This document shows positions 43,983-54,043 of a stretch of 64,000 nucleotides of DNA, one piece after another (the first letter of the stretch is position 1; every line of letters begins with the position of its first letter). The DNA comes from Hydrogenophilales bacterium (GTDB taxonomy: Bacteria; Pseudomonadota; Gammaproteobacteria; Burkholderiales; Thiobacillaceae), in NCBI GenBank assembly GCA_037439465.1, contig JBBIVX010000014.1:7293-71292 (forward strand), in the 5' to 3' direction. The notes beneath the pieces are model-generated. The model did not search any database. It was not told the DNA's origin and worked only from the letters and a program-made list of their open reading frames with translations. The position numbers and the translations under genes were made by a program.

Positions 43983-45283
43983 CACAGCCGCCAGAGGCGA
44001 TAGCCGGCGGCACGGATGGCCGCTGGATCGTAGACCGACTTGACGTCGCTGAAGACACCGCCCGGCTTCAGCTTGCCAAACATATCGGCCAGCGGCATGG
44101 CGAGATAGGCCTTGTGCGACACCGCCGCGACCAGGGCGTCGGCCTGCGGCAGTTGTTCCCAGGGCACGAGGCGGATGCCATATTCATGCACCGCCTCGGC
44201 CGGTTCCGCGATGGGGTCGTGCACGCTCACCTCGCAGCCGAAGTCTTGCAGTTCGCGCACGACATCCGCCACCTTGGAGTTGCGCAGGTCGGGGCAGTTT
44301 TCCTTGAAGGTGAGACCAAGAACGGTGACCCTGGCGCCTTTGACATTGCCGCCATTCTTGATCATCTGCTTCACCGTCTGCTGCGCCACATAGGCTGCCA
44401 TGCCATCATTGATGCGGCGGCCGGCGAGTATGACGTCGGGGTGGTAGCCCAGCATTTCGGCCTTGTGCGTGAGGTAGTAGGGGTCCACGCCGATGCAGTG
44501 GCCGCCGACCAGGCCTGGCCGGAAGGGCAGAAAATTCCACTTGGTGCCGGCCGCCTCCAGCACCTCCAGGGTATCGATGCCCAGCCGCTCGAAGATGATG
44601 GCCAGTTCGTTCATCAAAGCGATATTGAGGTCACGCTGGGTGTTCTCGATCACCTTTGCCGCCTCCGCCACCTTGATGGAACTGGCGCGATGCACGCCAG
44701 CGGTGATCACCGAGGCATAGAGGCCGGCGATCGTCTCCCTGGTGGCCGCGTCATCGCCGGAAACCACCTTGACGATCCTGGTGATGGTGCGCTCCTTGTC
44801 GCCGGGGTTGACCCGTTCCGGCGAATAGCCCACATGGAAGTCCTGCCGCCACTTCATACCGGAGTGTTGTTCCAGGAGCGGGATGCAGACCTCCTCGGTG
44901 GCGCCGGGATAGACCGTGGACTCATAGACCACGATAGCCCCTTTTTTCATGTGCCGGCCGACCGTCGTCGAGGAACCCACCAGAGGAGAAAAGTCAGGGA
45001 TGTGGGCCACGTCCACCGGCGTCGGCACGGCCACGATGATGATGTCCGCCTTGCCCAGACTGGTGGGATCGGTGGAGACGGTAAGGCGGGTCGCCGCCTT
45101 CAAATCCTCGGTCGAGACCTCGCCGGTGGGGTCGCAATAATTGCGGTAGTTGGCCACCTTGGTCTCGGAAAAGTCGTAACCGATGGTTTCGTACTTCCTG
45201 CCGAATTGGGTCGCCAGGGGCAGGCCAACATAGCCGAGACCCACCACCGCCACCACGAGTGGCTTGCTGTTTGAGACGTTCAT
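43982..45283 (-). CDS. Nucleotide-sugar 6-dehydrogenase, TviB/WbpO-like (UDP-N-acetyl-D-glucosamine/galactosamine dehydrogenase)
   Basis: 433 aa. [76 protein letters not shown]. Colinear with remembered Salmonella TviB. Confidence 0.9.
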
Positions 45284-45347
45284 TGTCTATCACTCCCAAA
45301 TTTCGGGCACGCGGCCCGGACCATGATTCTTGCTCGCGTTACACCCC

Positions 45348-46106
45348 CTAATCGCCGAACCGATGTCGCCACCGATACCACACCACACCCAGCCATTCAT
45401 GGCAGGCGAAATAGCTATCCTGTAGTCCGGAAGCGCTCGGCACAAAGCTGAAAGGGTCAATCCCGCCTTGATGATAGCCGGTTCCAGCGGGTACAACCAC
45501 CATGCCGAGGCGTTCGAATTCGGGCACAGACCTGGCCAAATGCCAGGCATGGGTCACCAGGTAGATACGCCGGATCCCGGACGCGCGCAGCATGGCTACC
45601 GAATTGCGGGCATTCTCCAGAGTCGTCGTCGAGGTCTCTTCCAGCCACGCCGCAGTCAATCCATATTCCTGCTGCAAGGCCGCCTGCATGAGCCGCGCCT
45701 CCGATCCACCGCGGCCTTCCGGATCGCCCCCCGCAAGCAGGATGGGCTTGTGCAGCCTGCGCGCCAGCCACGCGCCATAACGCAGCCTCTCCAGGGTGAT
45801 CGCTTTCAGGGTATCGCCGCCATACTCCGGCGCGGCAAAGACGCGCCCGCCGGCCAGTATGACGACCGCCTCGGCCTCGCTCCCGTGCAGCACCGGCGGC
45901 AGCGGCATCAGTGTCCTGAGCAGGAAACCGCTGACGACGGGAGTGGCCAGCAGCATCAACCCGGCCAGCGCCACCCCCACCAAGGCACGCCCCAACCGCC
46001 CGCGACGACGCGCCAGCCACAAACCGAAAAGGCCCAACAACAAGAGGCTGAACGGCGGCAACAGGAGTGCGGCAAGGAGATTACTCGACAGATAGATCAG
46101 AGACAT
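45348..46106 (-). CDS. YdcF/DUF218 family (ElyC/SanA-like) membrane-anchored protein
   Basis: 252 aa. N-terminal TM helices, then AVVILAGG...RLRYGAWLARR...ILLAGG...TTTLENA...LVTHAWHLARS. Confidence 0.75.
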   Translation of the reverse strand: MSLIYLSSNLLAALLLPPFSLLLLGLFGLWLARRRGRLGRALVGVALAGLMLLATPVVSGFLLRTLMPLPPVLHGSEAEAVVILAGGRVFAAPEYGGDTLKAITLERLRYGAWLARRLHKPILLAGGDPEGRGGSEARLMQAALQQEYGLTAAWLEETSTTTLENARNSVAMLRASGIRRIYLVTHAWHLARSVPEFERLGMVVVPAGTGYHQGGIDPFSFVPSASGLQDSYFACHEWLGVVWYRWRHRFGD

Positions 46107-46241
46107 GCCCGTTCACTCGCCCTATTAAAGAACGCCGCGCCGCGGCCAAATCCCGCGCGCTGACGGATGGGTTTGCACGCACCGCTTCGGCAAAAATGCC
46201 GCACACGATAACTCACTCGTGGCGCGAGGAAGGTTAGGAAG

Positions 46242-47951
46242 ATGACATCCAGGCGGTGGCCGCTATACTCCCTGGCCATGACCATTACCGACCAGCTCAG
46301 TCTTGGCCAGCCTCGCTTCAATGACGAGGCCATGGTCGCACTCGCCGCCAGGGAAGGAAACTATGCCGCCTGGCAGCAGGCCTTCGCCCAGTTGGGAGCG
46401 CAAGCCCCCGCCACCGTGTCCGGCGACTTCGCCATCGCCCTGCACACGCCGGATGGCCGCACCTTTCTCGCCGTCGATCGCTTCGCCATTCAGACCTTGT
46501 GTTATCGCCGCATCGGCGACGGCCTGTATTTCGCCCCGCGCGCCGATGCCCTGGCGGATACCGTTCCGGTCCTCGATGCGCAGGCTATATTCGACTACCT
46601 CTATTTCCACGTCATCCCTTCCCCGCGTACCATTTACAAGGACGTGTACCGGGTACCGCCCGGCCATTATGTGCTGTTCGAGAATGGCGCGCTCACCGTC
46701 GCCCCCTACTGGCAGCCGACCTTCGAGGAACCCCGGCGGGTCTCCTTTGCCGATCTCCGCGTTGAATTCCTGCGTACTCTGCGCGACGCCATCGCCAGCC
46801 AGATCGACCGTAACGCCATCGGCTGCTACCTCAGCGGCGGCACCGACAGTTCCACCGTCGCCGGCATCGTCACCGCCATGCTGGGCCGCCCCGCCGATAC
46901 CTACTCCATCGGCTTCGATGCCAAAGGCTATGATGAAATGGAGTACGCCCGCATCGCCGCCAAGCACTTCAAGACGCAGCATCACGAGTACTACGTCACC
47001 CCGGACGACCTCGTCAAAAGCCTGCCCGCGGTGGCGGCCCACTATGACCAGCCCTTCGGCAACTCCTCCGCCGTGCCGGCCTACCATTGCGCCCGCATGG
47101 CGAAGGAAAGCGGCATACACAAAATGTTGGCCGGCGACGGCGGCGACGAACTCTTCGGCGGCAATAGCCGCTATGCCACACAGCGCGTGTTCGGCGCCTA
47201 CCAGGCCCTGCCTGGCTTCGTGCGCAAGGGCCTGGCCGAACCCCTGACCGACAGCGGCCTGTTCAACCACTTACCGCTGCTGAAGAAGGGCGCCAGTTAC
47301 GTTCGCCAGGCGCGCATACCCATGCCCGAGCGCATGCAGAGCTATAACCTGCTCATGCACCTGGGCCTGAACGACGTGCTGACCGCCGACTTCCTCGCCC
47401 AGGTCGACCCTTCGGACCCGATCAACCAACAGCGTGAAGTCTATGACGCCTGCACCTCACCGTCGCTGGTCAACCGCATGCTCGCCTATGACTGGCGCTA
47501 TACCCTGGCCGAAAACGACCTGCCCAAGGTGATCGGCTCAGCGCAGCTGGCCGGCGTCAGCGTCGGCTTCCCCCTGCTGGATGACCGTCTGCTGGAATTC
47601 TCCCTCACCCTGCCCGCCTCCTATAAGGTCAAGGGTCTGAAGCTGCGCTGGTTCTTCAAGGAGTCACTGCACGGCTTCCTGCCCGACGCCATCCTCAAGA
47701 AGAAGAAGCATGGCTTCGGCTTGCCCTTCGGGGTCTGGGCCAACAGCCACGCCCCCCTCAACGCGCTGGCGACGGAAACCCTGCACAGCCTTGCCGGGCG
47801 CGGCATCGTGCGAGAGGCATTCATCGACACCCTGCTAACCAGGCAGCTACCCGCCCACCCAGGCTTCTACGGCGAGATGGTGTGGGTGCTGACCATACTG
47901 GAACTCTGGCTGCGGGCGCACGCCCCGGAATATCACTGCGCCAGCGCCTGA
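46242..47951 (+). CDS. Asparagine synthetase B-family amidoligase lacking the N-terminal catalytic Cys
   Basis: 569 aa. PP-loop CYLSGGTDSSTV. AsnB-like C-terminal domain (LAGDGGDELFGG, KHGFGLP). The N-terminus MTSRRW.../MTITDQ has no Cys2 nucleophile. Confidence 0.85.
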   Translation: MTSRRWPLYSLAMTITDQLSLGQPRFNDEAMVALAAREGNYAAWQQAFAQLGAQAPATVSGDFAIALHTPDGRTFLAVDRFAIQTLCYRRIGDGLYFAPRADALADTVPVLDAQAIFDYLYFHVIPSPRTIYKDVYRVPPGHYVLFENGALTVAPYWQPTFEEPRRVSFADLRVEFLRTLRDAIASQIDRNAIGCYLSGGTDSSTVAGIVTAMLGRPADTYSIGFDAKGYDEMEYARIAAKHFKTQHHEYYVTPDDLVKSLPAVAAHYDQPFGNSSAVPAYHCARMAKESGIHKMLAGDGGDELFGGNSRYATQRVFGAYQALPGFVRKGLAEPLTDSGLFNHLPLLKKGASYVRQARIPMPERMQSYNLLMHLGLNDVLTADFLAQVDPSDPINQQREVYDACTSPSLVNRMLAYDWRYTLAENDLPKVIGSAQLAGVSVGFPLLDDRLLEFSLTLPASYKVKGLKLRWFFKESLHGFLPDAILKKKKHGFGLPFGVWANSHAPLNALATETLHSLAGRGIVREAFIDTLLTRQLPAHPGFYGEMVWVLTILELWLRAHAPEYHCASA

Positions 47952-47972
47952 GTCGCCCCTTTTGCACTCAAT

Positions 47973-48002
47973 TTTCCGGCGGCTGGAGAGGCCGTCCGGA
48001 AA
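47973..48002. terminator. Hairpin between convergent genes (possible bidirectional terminator)
   Basis: TTTCCGGCGGC-TGGAGAG-GCCG(T)CCGGAAA with one bulged T. Flanked by A/T on both sides. Confidence 0.45.
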
Positions 48003-48027
48003 GGCAGCGCGGAGGCCACGGTCCGGC

Positions 48028-49332
48028 TTATGGCAGCCTCGACAAACCCAAAAGCCAGGCAGCCGGCTGTCCTGGAGCGATGGCGCCGGCGCTGGGGGCG
48101 TGGCGCGCGTGGCCGTAAAAATCCTGCCGATCGATAGCCGGCACCTCCCTCGCGGCGGGTAAATCGAGCGCGCGCCCACGCGGCGAGAAATCGAGTGCGC
48201 CCAGCGACGCGAAGGGGGCAACGAGCCATTCTGCCGCCGCCGCATAAGTACCCGTGACGTTCCAGTGCTGTTCTCCCCCCTGCAGCGCTGCCCCGGCGAA
48301 CACCGCATTTGCCGCCACGACCTGGCGGAAGCGCTCATCGCCTCCGATGACGCGGATGCCGGTGGCGCTCGCCACCACCGTGTTATGACGGATCGAGACC
48401 TGCCGCGGCCGCGCATGATGCGGCTGGAGGCGCAGTGCATCGCCATGGGGATTAAAAAAGATATTGTCATGTATCGAGACATTCCCTTCCGCCTGCAAAA
48501 GTGATTCATGCGGGTTGTCGTGGAAGAAATTACCGTAGACGCGATACTGGTCATCCACGCCGGCGCCATCGAGGGGAAAATGTCCGAGCAGCACGTTGGG
48601 CCGCGCCATGTCGCCTTGCGAGCCGCCATTGGCCTTGCTGAAGACATTGCGGCGGATGTGGGTCTCACTGACCGCGGTCGGCATACCCGCCACTTGCGGA
48701 CGCGGCGCCTGGTGCTTGATCTGCAGGTCGTAGCCTAGGCTGTCGACGATCATGTTGCCTTCGATCAGACCAGCCACGAACGGGTCGCTGCCATCCGAAT
48801 TGCCCAGATAGATGCCGGTGCCGGCGCCTTCGATCACGTTGTCGCGGATCACCCAGTTCCAGGCCGGACACTTGCTGGAAAGGCCGACGGTCTGCTGGTC
48901 GTGGCCGTGGCCGCGGATGGTCAGACCCTCCAGGGTGATGTGGTGGGCGAACCTGGCGTGGCCCTCGCACTTCACCCCGTCCACCGGCAGACCGCGCCCA
49001 TCAAGGACCAGGTTGCGCACCACGACATGGGCCGAATCGAGCAGACTGACGGTATTGCGTCCAGGCGCGGCGATGAATACGGCCGGCTCGCCCGCCGCCG
49101 GCCCCTCGATGACGATGGGCGCTCCGGGGCTGCCCATCAGACCATGCAGCCGCAGACCGCGGCTATAGAGGCCAGGGGCCAGCCGCACCGTATCGCCGGG
49201 TCCGGCGCTACCGACGACCGCAACGTAATCCCTGGGCGTGGCCGCATGAATCACCGCCCCGGCCAGCGGCGGCCAGACCAGCGCAGCGATCGTCCATAAG
49301 GCCAGTGGCAAGAGAGGGGGGGGTGTTGTCAT
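48028..49332 (-). CDS. Exported right-handed parallel beta-helix repeat protein (polysaccharide lyase / polymer-level C5-epimerase-like fold)
   Basis: 434 aa from ATG 49332, just after the upstream stop. Hydrophobic leader MTTPPPLLPLALWTIAALVWPPLAGAVIHA. Repeated xNxxIxG turns (VVRNLVLDG, VIRDNVIEGAGTGIYLGNSDG, IEGNMIVDS, IHDNIFFN, IRHNTVVAS). Confidence 0.7.
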   Translation of the reverse strand: MTTPPPLLPLALWTIAALVWPPLAGAVIHAATPRDYVAVVGSAGPGDTVRLAPGLYSRGLRLHGLMGSPGAPIVIEGPAAGEPAVFIAAPGRNTVSLLDSAHVVVRNLVLDGRGLPVDGVKCEGHARFAHHITLEGLTIRGHGHDQQTVGLSSKCPAWNWVIRDNVIEGAGTGIYLGNSDGSDPFVAGLIEGNMIVDSLGYDLQIKHQAPRPQVAGMPTAVSETHIRRNVFSKANGGSQGDMARPNVLLGHFPLDGAGVDDQYRVYGNFFHDNPHESLLQAEGNVSIHDNIFFNPHGDALRLQPHHARPRQVSIRHNTVVASATGIRVIGGDERFRQVVAANAVFAGAALQGGEQHWNVTGTYAAAAEWLVAPFASLGALDFSPRGRALDLPAAREVPAIDRQDFYGHARHAPSAGAIAPGQPAAWLLGLSRLP

Positions 49333-49334
49333 GG

Positions 49335-50645
49335 TCACGGATACTGCCTGATCCGCTCGCGCAGGCGAACGCCCGCGGGTCGCATCGATGCGGTGAGGCG
49401 TTCCAGCTCCATCACCTCCTGGGCGTGGTCTTGGCGATACCTCGCTTCCTGCGCGCGCCCGGCAGCGATCTGCGCCTCGATGTTGTCGGGGCCGAGTGGC
49501 ACGCCGAAGCCGGCCGGAGCTTCGGGCCGGGCAAAGACCCGCGCCAGCACCCGGCCACCCAGCTCGCCCTTGAAATGCCCCGCCTCCCAGTACCCATGCA
49601 TGCGCGTCCGGCGGTCGCCTCTGGCCGGTACGGTCTCGGTGGTCAAGGCGTCGAAGCCACTGAAGTCCCACAGCGCAAAGGCCGGACCGCCGGCGGCGCG
49701 GGTCTCCTCGGCGACATGCTGCACGACCGCCCGCTTCCACACCTCGAAGGCCGGCCAATGGCCGGTGAGGCGGATGATCTCCAGCAAGTGGGCGTGATAG
49801 GGGTAGATGACCAGATGGAGCGCGATGCCGTGCCGGCGGCACAGACGCAGCACCTGGTCAAGGTCATCCAGTGCCGGCGAGGTACCTCCCGCCGTGTCGA
49901 AGATGTCCCGCGGCCGCCGCAGATAGGCCTTGATGTTTTCCAGGTCCCGCTGCCGGAATACTGCCCAGTAGCCCTCGTCCGCGGTGATTTTCAGATAATC
50001 GCGCATCGGGTTGAAGCCCAGCGGGGTCAGATCGGCGGCATAGGGATTACCCTGGTTGACCAGGGTGCCCAGCGAATCCATGAAGGCCCCCAAAGTCAGG
50101 GTGGCCTCGGCATAGTCGCGCACCTGTCGCAGCACCCGCCTGGGGTTGCGCTCACCATCGGCATTGACGAGCAGGCGCTCGCCCTCGGGCCCGGACGAGC
50201 CGGCGCGGCGTGGCGCCCCCGCGTCCACCAGAAAATCCATGAAGTCGATGCCCCACACGGCCACGACCGGCTTGCGCGCGCCCGCGCCCGCACCGTTTGC
50301 CAGGACATGCCGGAGATAGCGCAGCGTGGTCGCCGGGCCGGTTCCCGGCAGGGCCAGGTTGAACACCGGCCGCACCTCGGCCGGCCAGGCCGGGTGTTCG
50401 GGATCGAAGCCGACCTCGGCGCGCGAATTGCCCAGGATCAGGGCGCGCGGGTTCACCCGCAGCACCTGATAGGCCTTCACTGTCGCCCCATGCGCCCCAG
50501 CCGCAGGCTTGACGGCGTTGAAGCCCGGCGCCTCCACCCGCCGCACCAGGCCATAGGGGTCGACGACCAGGTTGAAGCCCGCCACCGCCAACGCCAGGCC
50601 GGCGGTCAACGTCAACCAGAGGGCGAGATAGGAGCGCATGGGCAT
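49335..50645 (-). CDS. Membrane-anchored hypothetical protein immediately downstream of the MBOAT gene (possible acyl-transfer partner)
   Basis: About 436 aa from MPMRSYLALWLTLTAGLALAVAGFNLVVDPYG. The earlier ORF-track start overlaps the MBOAT gene. No motif recognised with confidence. The role is inferred from position only. Confidence 0.5.
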   Translation of the reverse strand: MPMRSYLALWLTLTAGLALAVAGFNLVVDPYGLVRRVEAPGFNAVKPAAGAHGATVKAYQVLRVNPRALILGNSRAEVGFDPEHPAWPAEVRPVFNLALPGTGPATTLRYLRHVLANGAGAGARKPVVAVWGIDFMDFLVDAGAPRRAGSSGPEGERLLVNADGERNPRRVLRQVRDYAEATLTLGAFMDSLGTLVNQGNPYAADLTPLGFNPMRDYLKITADEGYWAVFRQRDLENIKAYLRRPRDIFDTAGGTSPALDDLDQVLRLCRRHGIALHLVIYPYHAHLLEIIRLTGHWPAFEVWKRAVVQHVAEETRAAGGPAFALWDFSGFDALTTETVPARGDRRTRMHGYWEAGHFKGELGGRVLARVFARPEAPAGFGVPLGPDNIEAQIAAGRAQEARYRQDHAQEVMELERLTASMRPAGVRLRERIRQYP

Positions 50646-50671
50646 CAGGTAATGGTCAATCACCCCATCCC

Positions 50672-52225
50672 CTAAAACTGGAAATACAGGAATTCGCTCG
50701 GCCGGCTCAGCGACAGCAGGCCGCAGGCGAGGACCACCGCCATCGCCACCGCCCACCCCCGGCCGGCCGACCAGGCGAGGCGCGTGCCGGTGGATTCGTC
50801 ACAACCACCGAGCGCCGGTTTGAAACGCCCCATGATCTGCTGGCTGTTAGGCGCCAGAAACACTACCGGCAAGAGCGCCAGCACCCAGACGTAAGTCATC
50901 ATGAAATTCTGGCCGCCGCCGGGCGTGAAGGCCACGCCCATGCCGCCCAGCCACCCGCCGACCGGGCCCAAGCGCAGGGCGATGGCCTCCGGCAGGGCAA
51001 TGCCGTTCCTGCCGAGCATGCTGCCCAGGATGGCCAGCGCCGCGTCCAGACTGGTTGCCCGGAAGAACACCCAGCCCACCACCACCGCCAGAAAGGTCAG
51101 TGCCGCCCCCAGCAGCCGTCCGCCCGGCGACGAGCTGGCCAGATCGTGTCCCAGCCTTTTGCGTACTCCCTGCCAGGCGTGGTGGATCACCAGATACAGC
51201 CCATGCAGCCCGCCCCAGATGACGAAGGTCCAGCCCGCGCCGTGCCACAAGCCACCCAGCAGCATGGTTGCCATCAGGTTCAGATAGCGGCGGGCGGGGC
51301 CCTTGCGGTTGCCGCCCAGGGGGATGTAGAGATAATCGCGCAGGAAACGGGACAGGGTCATGTGCCAGCGACGCCAGAAATCGGTGATGCTGACCGCCTT
51401 GTAGGGAGAATTGAAATTGAGCGGCAGGCGCACGCCGATCATGCAGGACAGGCCGATGGCCATGTCAGAGTAGCCGGAGAAATCGAAATACAGTTGCAAG
51501 GTATAGGCCAGCACCCCGCCCCAGGCCTGAAAAAACGTCAGCGCCTCGCCCGCTCCCGCGGCCGCGAATACCGGTGCCGCATAAGGCGCCACACCGTCCG
51601 CCAGCACCACTTTCTTGAACAACCCGATGGCAAAGATCGTCAGGCCGACGGTGAAGAATTCAGGGCTGAAGCGATAGGTCGCGGCCTGGCCGAACTGAGG
51701 CATCATCTCCTTGTGATGCAGCACCGGTCCGGCGATCAGGTGCGGGAAATAGGTGACGAACAAACCATAGTGGATGAAGTCGAATTCCTTCGCCTCGCCG
51801 CGCGCCGCGTCCACCAGAAAGGCGATCTGGGTGAAGGTAAAGAAGGAGATGCCCAGCGGCAGGATGATCGTCGCCAAGTCCAAACTGGCGCCCAGCGCAA
51901 TATTGAGGCTACCGATGAAAAAGTTGGCATACTTGTAATAGCCCAGCAGAGCCAGGTCAGCGGTCACCCCCAAGGCCAGCAACCGCCGCCGCCGGGGCGA
52001 GCCGATGTCATGGCCACGCGCCAGGCCATAGCCGACCAGATAGTTGAAGACGACGGAAGCGAGCAGCAGGCCCACATAGGCCGGGTTCCACCAGCCATAG
52101 AAAAACAGCGAGCCGGCGGTCAGCCAGGTCGCGGCCAGACGATGACTGTAGTGCCCAAGACGAAAAAAAACGAACAGCAGAACCGGCATGAAAAGGAATA
52201 AAAACTCGACCGAATTAAACAGCAT
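50672..52225 (-). CDS. MBOAT-family membrane O-acyltransferase (AlgI/DltB-like)
   Basis: 517 aa. MLFNSVEFLFLFMPV, FYGWWNP, SITDFWRRWHMTLSRFLRDYLYIPLGGNR, GGLWHGAGWTF. Confidence 0.9.
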   Translation of the reverse strand: MLFNSVEFLFLFMPVLLFVFFRLGHYSHRLAATWLTAGSLFFYGWWNPAYVGLLLASVVFNYLVGYGLARGHDIGSPRRRRLLALGVTADLALLGYYKYANFFIGSLNIALGASLDLATIILPLGISFFTFTQIAFLVDAARGEAKEFDFIHYGLFVTYFPHLIAGPVLHHKEMMPQFGQAATYRFSPEFFTVGLTIFAIGLFKKVVLADGVAPYAAPVFAAAGAGEALTFFQAWGGVLAYTLQLYFDFSGYSDMAIGLSCMIGVRLPLNFNSPYKAVSITDFWRRWHMTLSRFLRDYLYIPLGGNRKGPARRYLNLMATMLLGGLWHGAGWTFVIWGGLHGLYLVIHHAWQGVRKRLGHDLASSSPGGRLLGAALTFLAVVVGWVFFRATSLDAALAILGSMLGRNGIALPEAIALRLGPVGGWLGGMGVAFTPGGGQNFMMTYVWVLALLPVVFLAPNSQQIMGRFKPALGGCDESTGTRLAWSAGRGWAVAMAVVLACGLLSLSRPSEFLYFQF

Positions 52226-52500
52226 GTCCCCTGGCCCTCAAATACTCTCCGCCCGGCAATGGCCGCCCGTACCAAGGTGGCGAATCACCGCTCCGGCCGT
52301 CTCCCGGATACATGGTCTGCGACCCCCTTTTTCGAGTTTTCGGAAATTGTCGCCGTATTGCCAACGAGTTTCCGCAAGAAGCGAACACAATTTGTCTCGC
52401 CGTAAAATAACCATGAATCCGTTCCATAATGCGGCCGCTACAACATCTCACTCTGGCATTGCGGCGCATGGTCACAATGCAGAACGCTTATAAGGCAAGC

Positions 52501-53991
52501 ATGAGTCTCGGTCAAAGCATACGCAGCGGCGCAAAATGGCTTGCCTTCGGCAAGATCGGCAACCGCTTCATGGAGTTCGCTTTCGGTGTGGTCCTGGCCC
52601 GGCTGTTGGTCCCCGCGGACTTCGGCATGATCGCCACCATCAGCGTCTTTACCGGCTTTGTCGGCATGTTCACTGCTGGCGGCATGGGGCAGTCGCTGAT
52701 CCGCGCCAAACAAGCCGACGAGGACGATTTCACCGCCGTGTTCACCCTGCAACTGGCCATGGGCGCCGTGGTTTATATCGGTTTCTACCTGGCCGGCCCA
52801 TGGATTGCCCGGCTATTCGATGACCCCCTCTATTCCGACCTCATCCGCGTCTCGGCACTGAGTTTTCTGCTGCGCCCTTTCCTGGTAATGCGCACGGCCT
52901 GGCTGAACCGGGAGATGAACTTCAAGAGCCGCACCCTGGTGGAGGTCGTAAACGGGCTGTTCACCGGCGTAGCCTCCGCCATCATGGCCTTTGCCGGTCT
53001 GGGGGTGTGGAGCCTTACGCTCTCCGGGCTGCTGGGCAGCCTCTTGCAAAATCTCTGGCTGGCCCGGCTGACTCCCTTGCGGCTACGCCTCAACCCCAAC
53101 TGGGCCGTCATGCGCCGCCATACCGCCTACGGCGCCAAGATCGTGGCCAACGATTTCGTGAACTACCTCGGCAAGGAAGGCAAAAGTCTGGTCATCAGCA
53201 AGCTGGCCGGGCCGGCCCTGCTCGGGCTGTTCAACAAGGCGGAGAGCCTCGCCCGGCTGCCCAACCAGTTATTGATGTCGCCCACCATGGAGCCCCTGTT
53301 CCGGGCCATGGGCAAAACCCAGGAGGACCTGGACCAGACCAAGTACCTCTTCTACCGGGCCATTGCCCTGCTGATGGTGTACACCACACCGCTCTATGTG
53401 ATCCTCTGGTGGAGCGCGGAACCCTTCATCGGCGTGGTCTATGGCGAGAAGTGGATCGCCGCCGCCGCGCCCATGCGCATCCTCGTCTTGATGGGGGTCT
53501 TTCTCAACGTGATGCTGCCAAGCTCCGTAGTGTTGGCGGCGCAGAACCGCCTGGGCCGGGAAATGTTGGCCCAGTCCATCAATCTGCCCATTGTCCTCGC
53601 CGCCTGCGTGCTGGGTTTGCAGGGCTGGGGATTGCCGGGGGCGGCCTGGGGCCTGCTCGCGAGCCAAGTGCTGCTCACCGCCCATTTCTATTGGTTCGTG
53701 CGCCACACCCTGCCCACCCGCGCCAGCGACCTCGTGCGCGCCGCCGCGCCGGGACTCACCCTCAGCGCCCTATTGGGCCTGTTTCTTTTTCTGCTGGATT
53801 GGAAAATCGGCGACTGGCGCCAGACCATGCCGGCCCTGTATCTCATCGCCATGGGGCTGTCGGGCGGAGCGCTCTATGCGGCGCTGTTCCTGTTCCTGCC
53901 CATCAAGTCCCTGGAAGCGGAAGCCGGCCGCTGGCGCCGACAACTCGGCAACGGCTGGTCCGCCCTGCGCAAGGTCCTGAGGCAGACATGA
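52501..53991 (+). CDS. Polysaccharide/oligosaccharide flippase, Wzx-like (MOP/PST family)
   Basis: About 496 aa and polytopic. SIRSGAKWLAFGKIGNRFMEFAFGVVLARLL. Start chosen for an AAGG Shine-Dalgarno candidate 7 nt upstream. Alternatives at 52477 and 52429. Confidence 0.8.
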   Translation: MSLGQSIRSGAKWLAFGKIGNRFMEFAFGVVLARLLVPADFGMIATISVFTGFVGMFTAGGMGQSLIRAKQADEDDFTAVFTLQLAMGAVVYIGFYLAGPWIARLFDDPLYSDLIRVSALSFLLRPFLVMRTAWLNREMNFKSRTLVEVVNGLFTGVASAIMAFAGLGVWSLTLSGLLGSLLQNLWLARLTPLRLRLNPNWAVMRRHTAYGAKIVANDFVNYLGKEGKSLVISKLAGPALLGLFNKAESLARLPNQLLMSPTMEPLFRAMGKTQEDLDQTKYLFYRAIALLMVYTTPLYVILWWSAEPFIGVVYGEKWIAAAAPMRILVLMGVFLNVMLPSSVVLAAQNRLGREMLAQSINLPIVLAACVLGLQGWGLPGAAWGLLASQVLLTAHFYWFVRHTLPTRASDLVRAAAPGLTLSALLGLFLFLLDWKIGDWRQTMPALYLIAMGLSGGALYAALFLFLPIKSLEAEAGRWRRQLGNGWSALRKVLRQT

Positions 53992-54043
53992 TCCTTACCT
54001 CCTGCTCGCAACGTTCCGGCCAACACAGAAAGGACAGCCCATC

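Noticed and set aside
52226-52500. Possible small ORFs (52188-52493 plus strand; 52215-52475 minus strand) in the divergent MBOAT/flippase spacer
   Set aside because: They overlap each other and the flanking genes, lack a Shine-Dalgarno context and have odd composition. The region is more plausibly a divergent promoter region.
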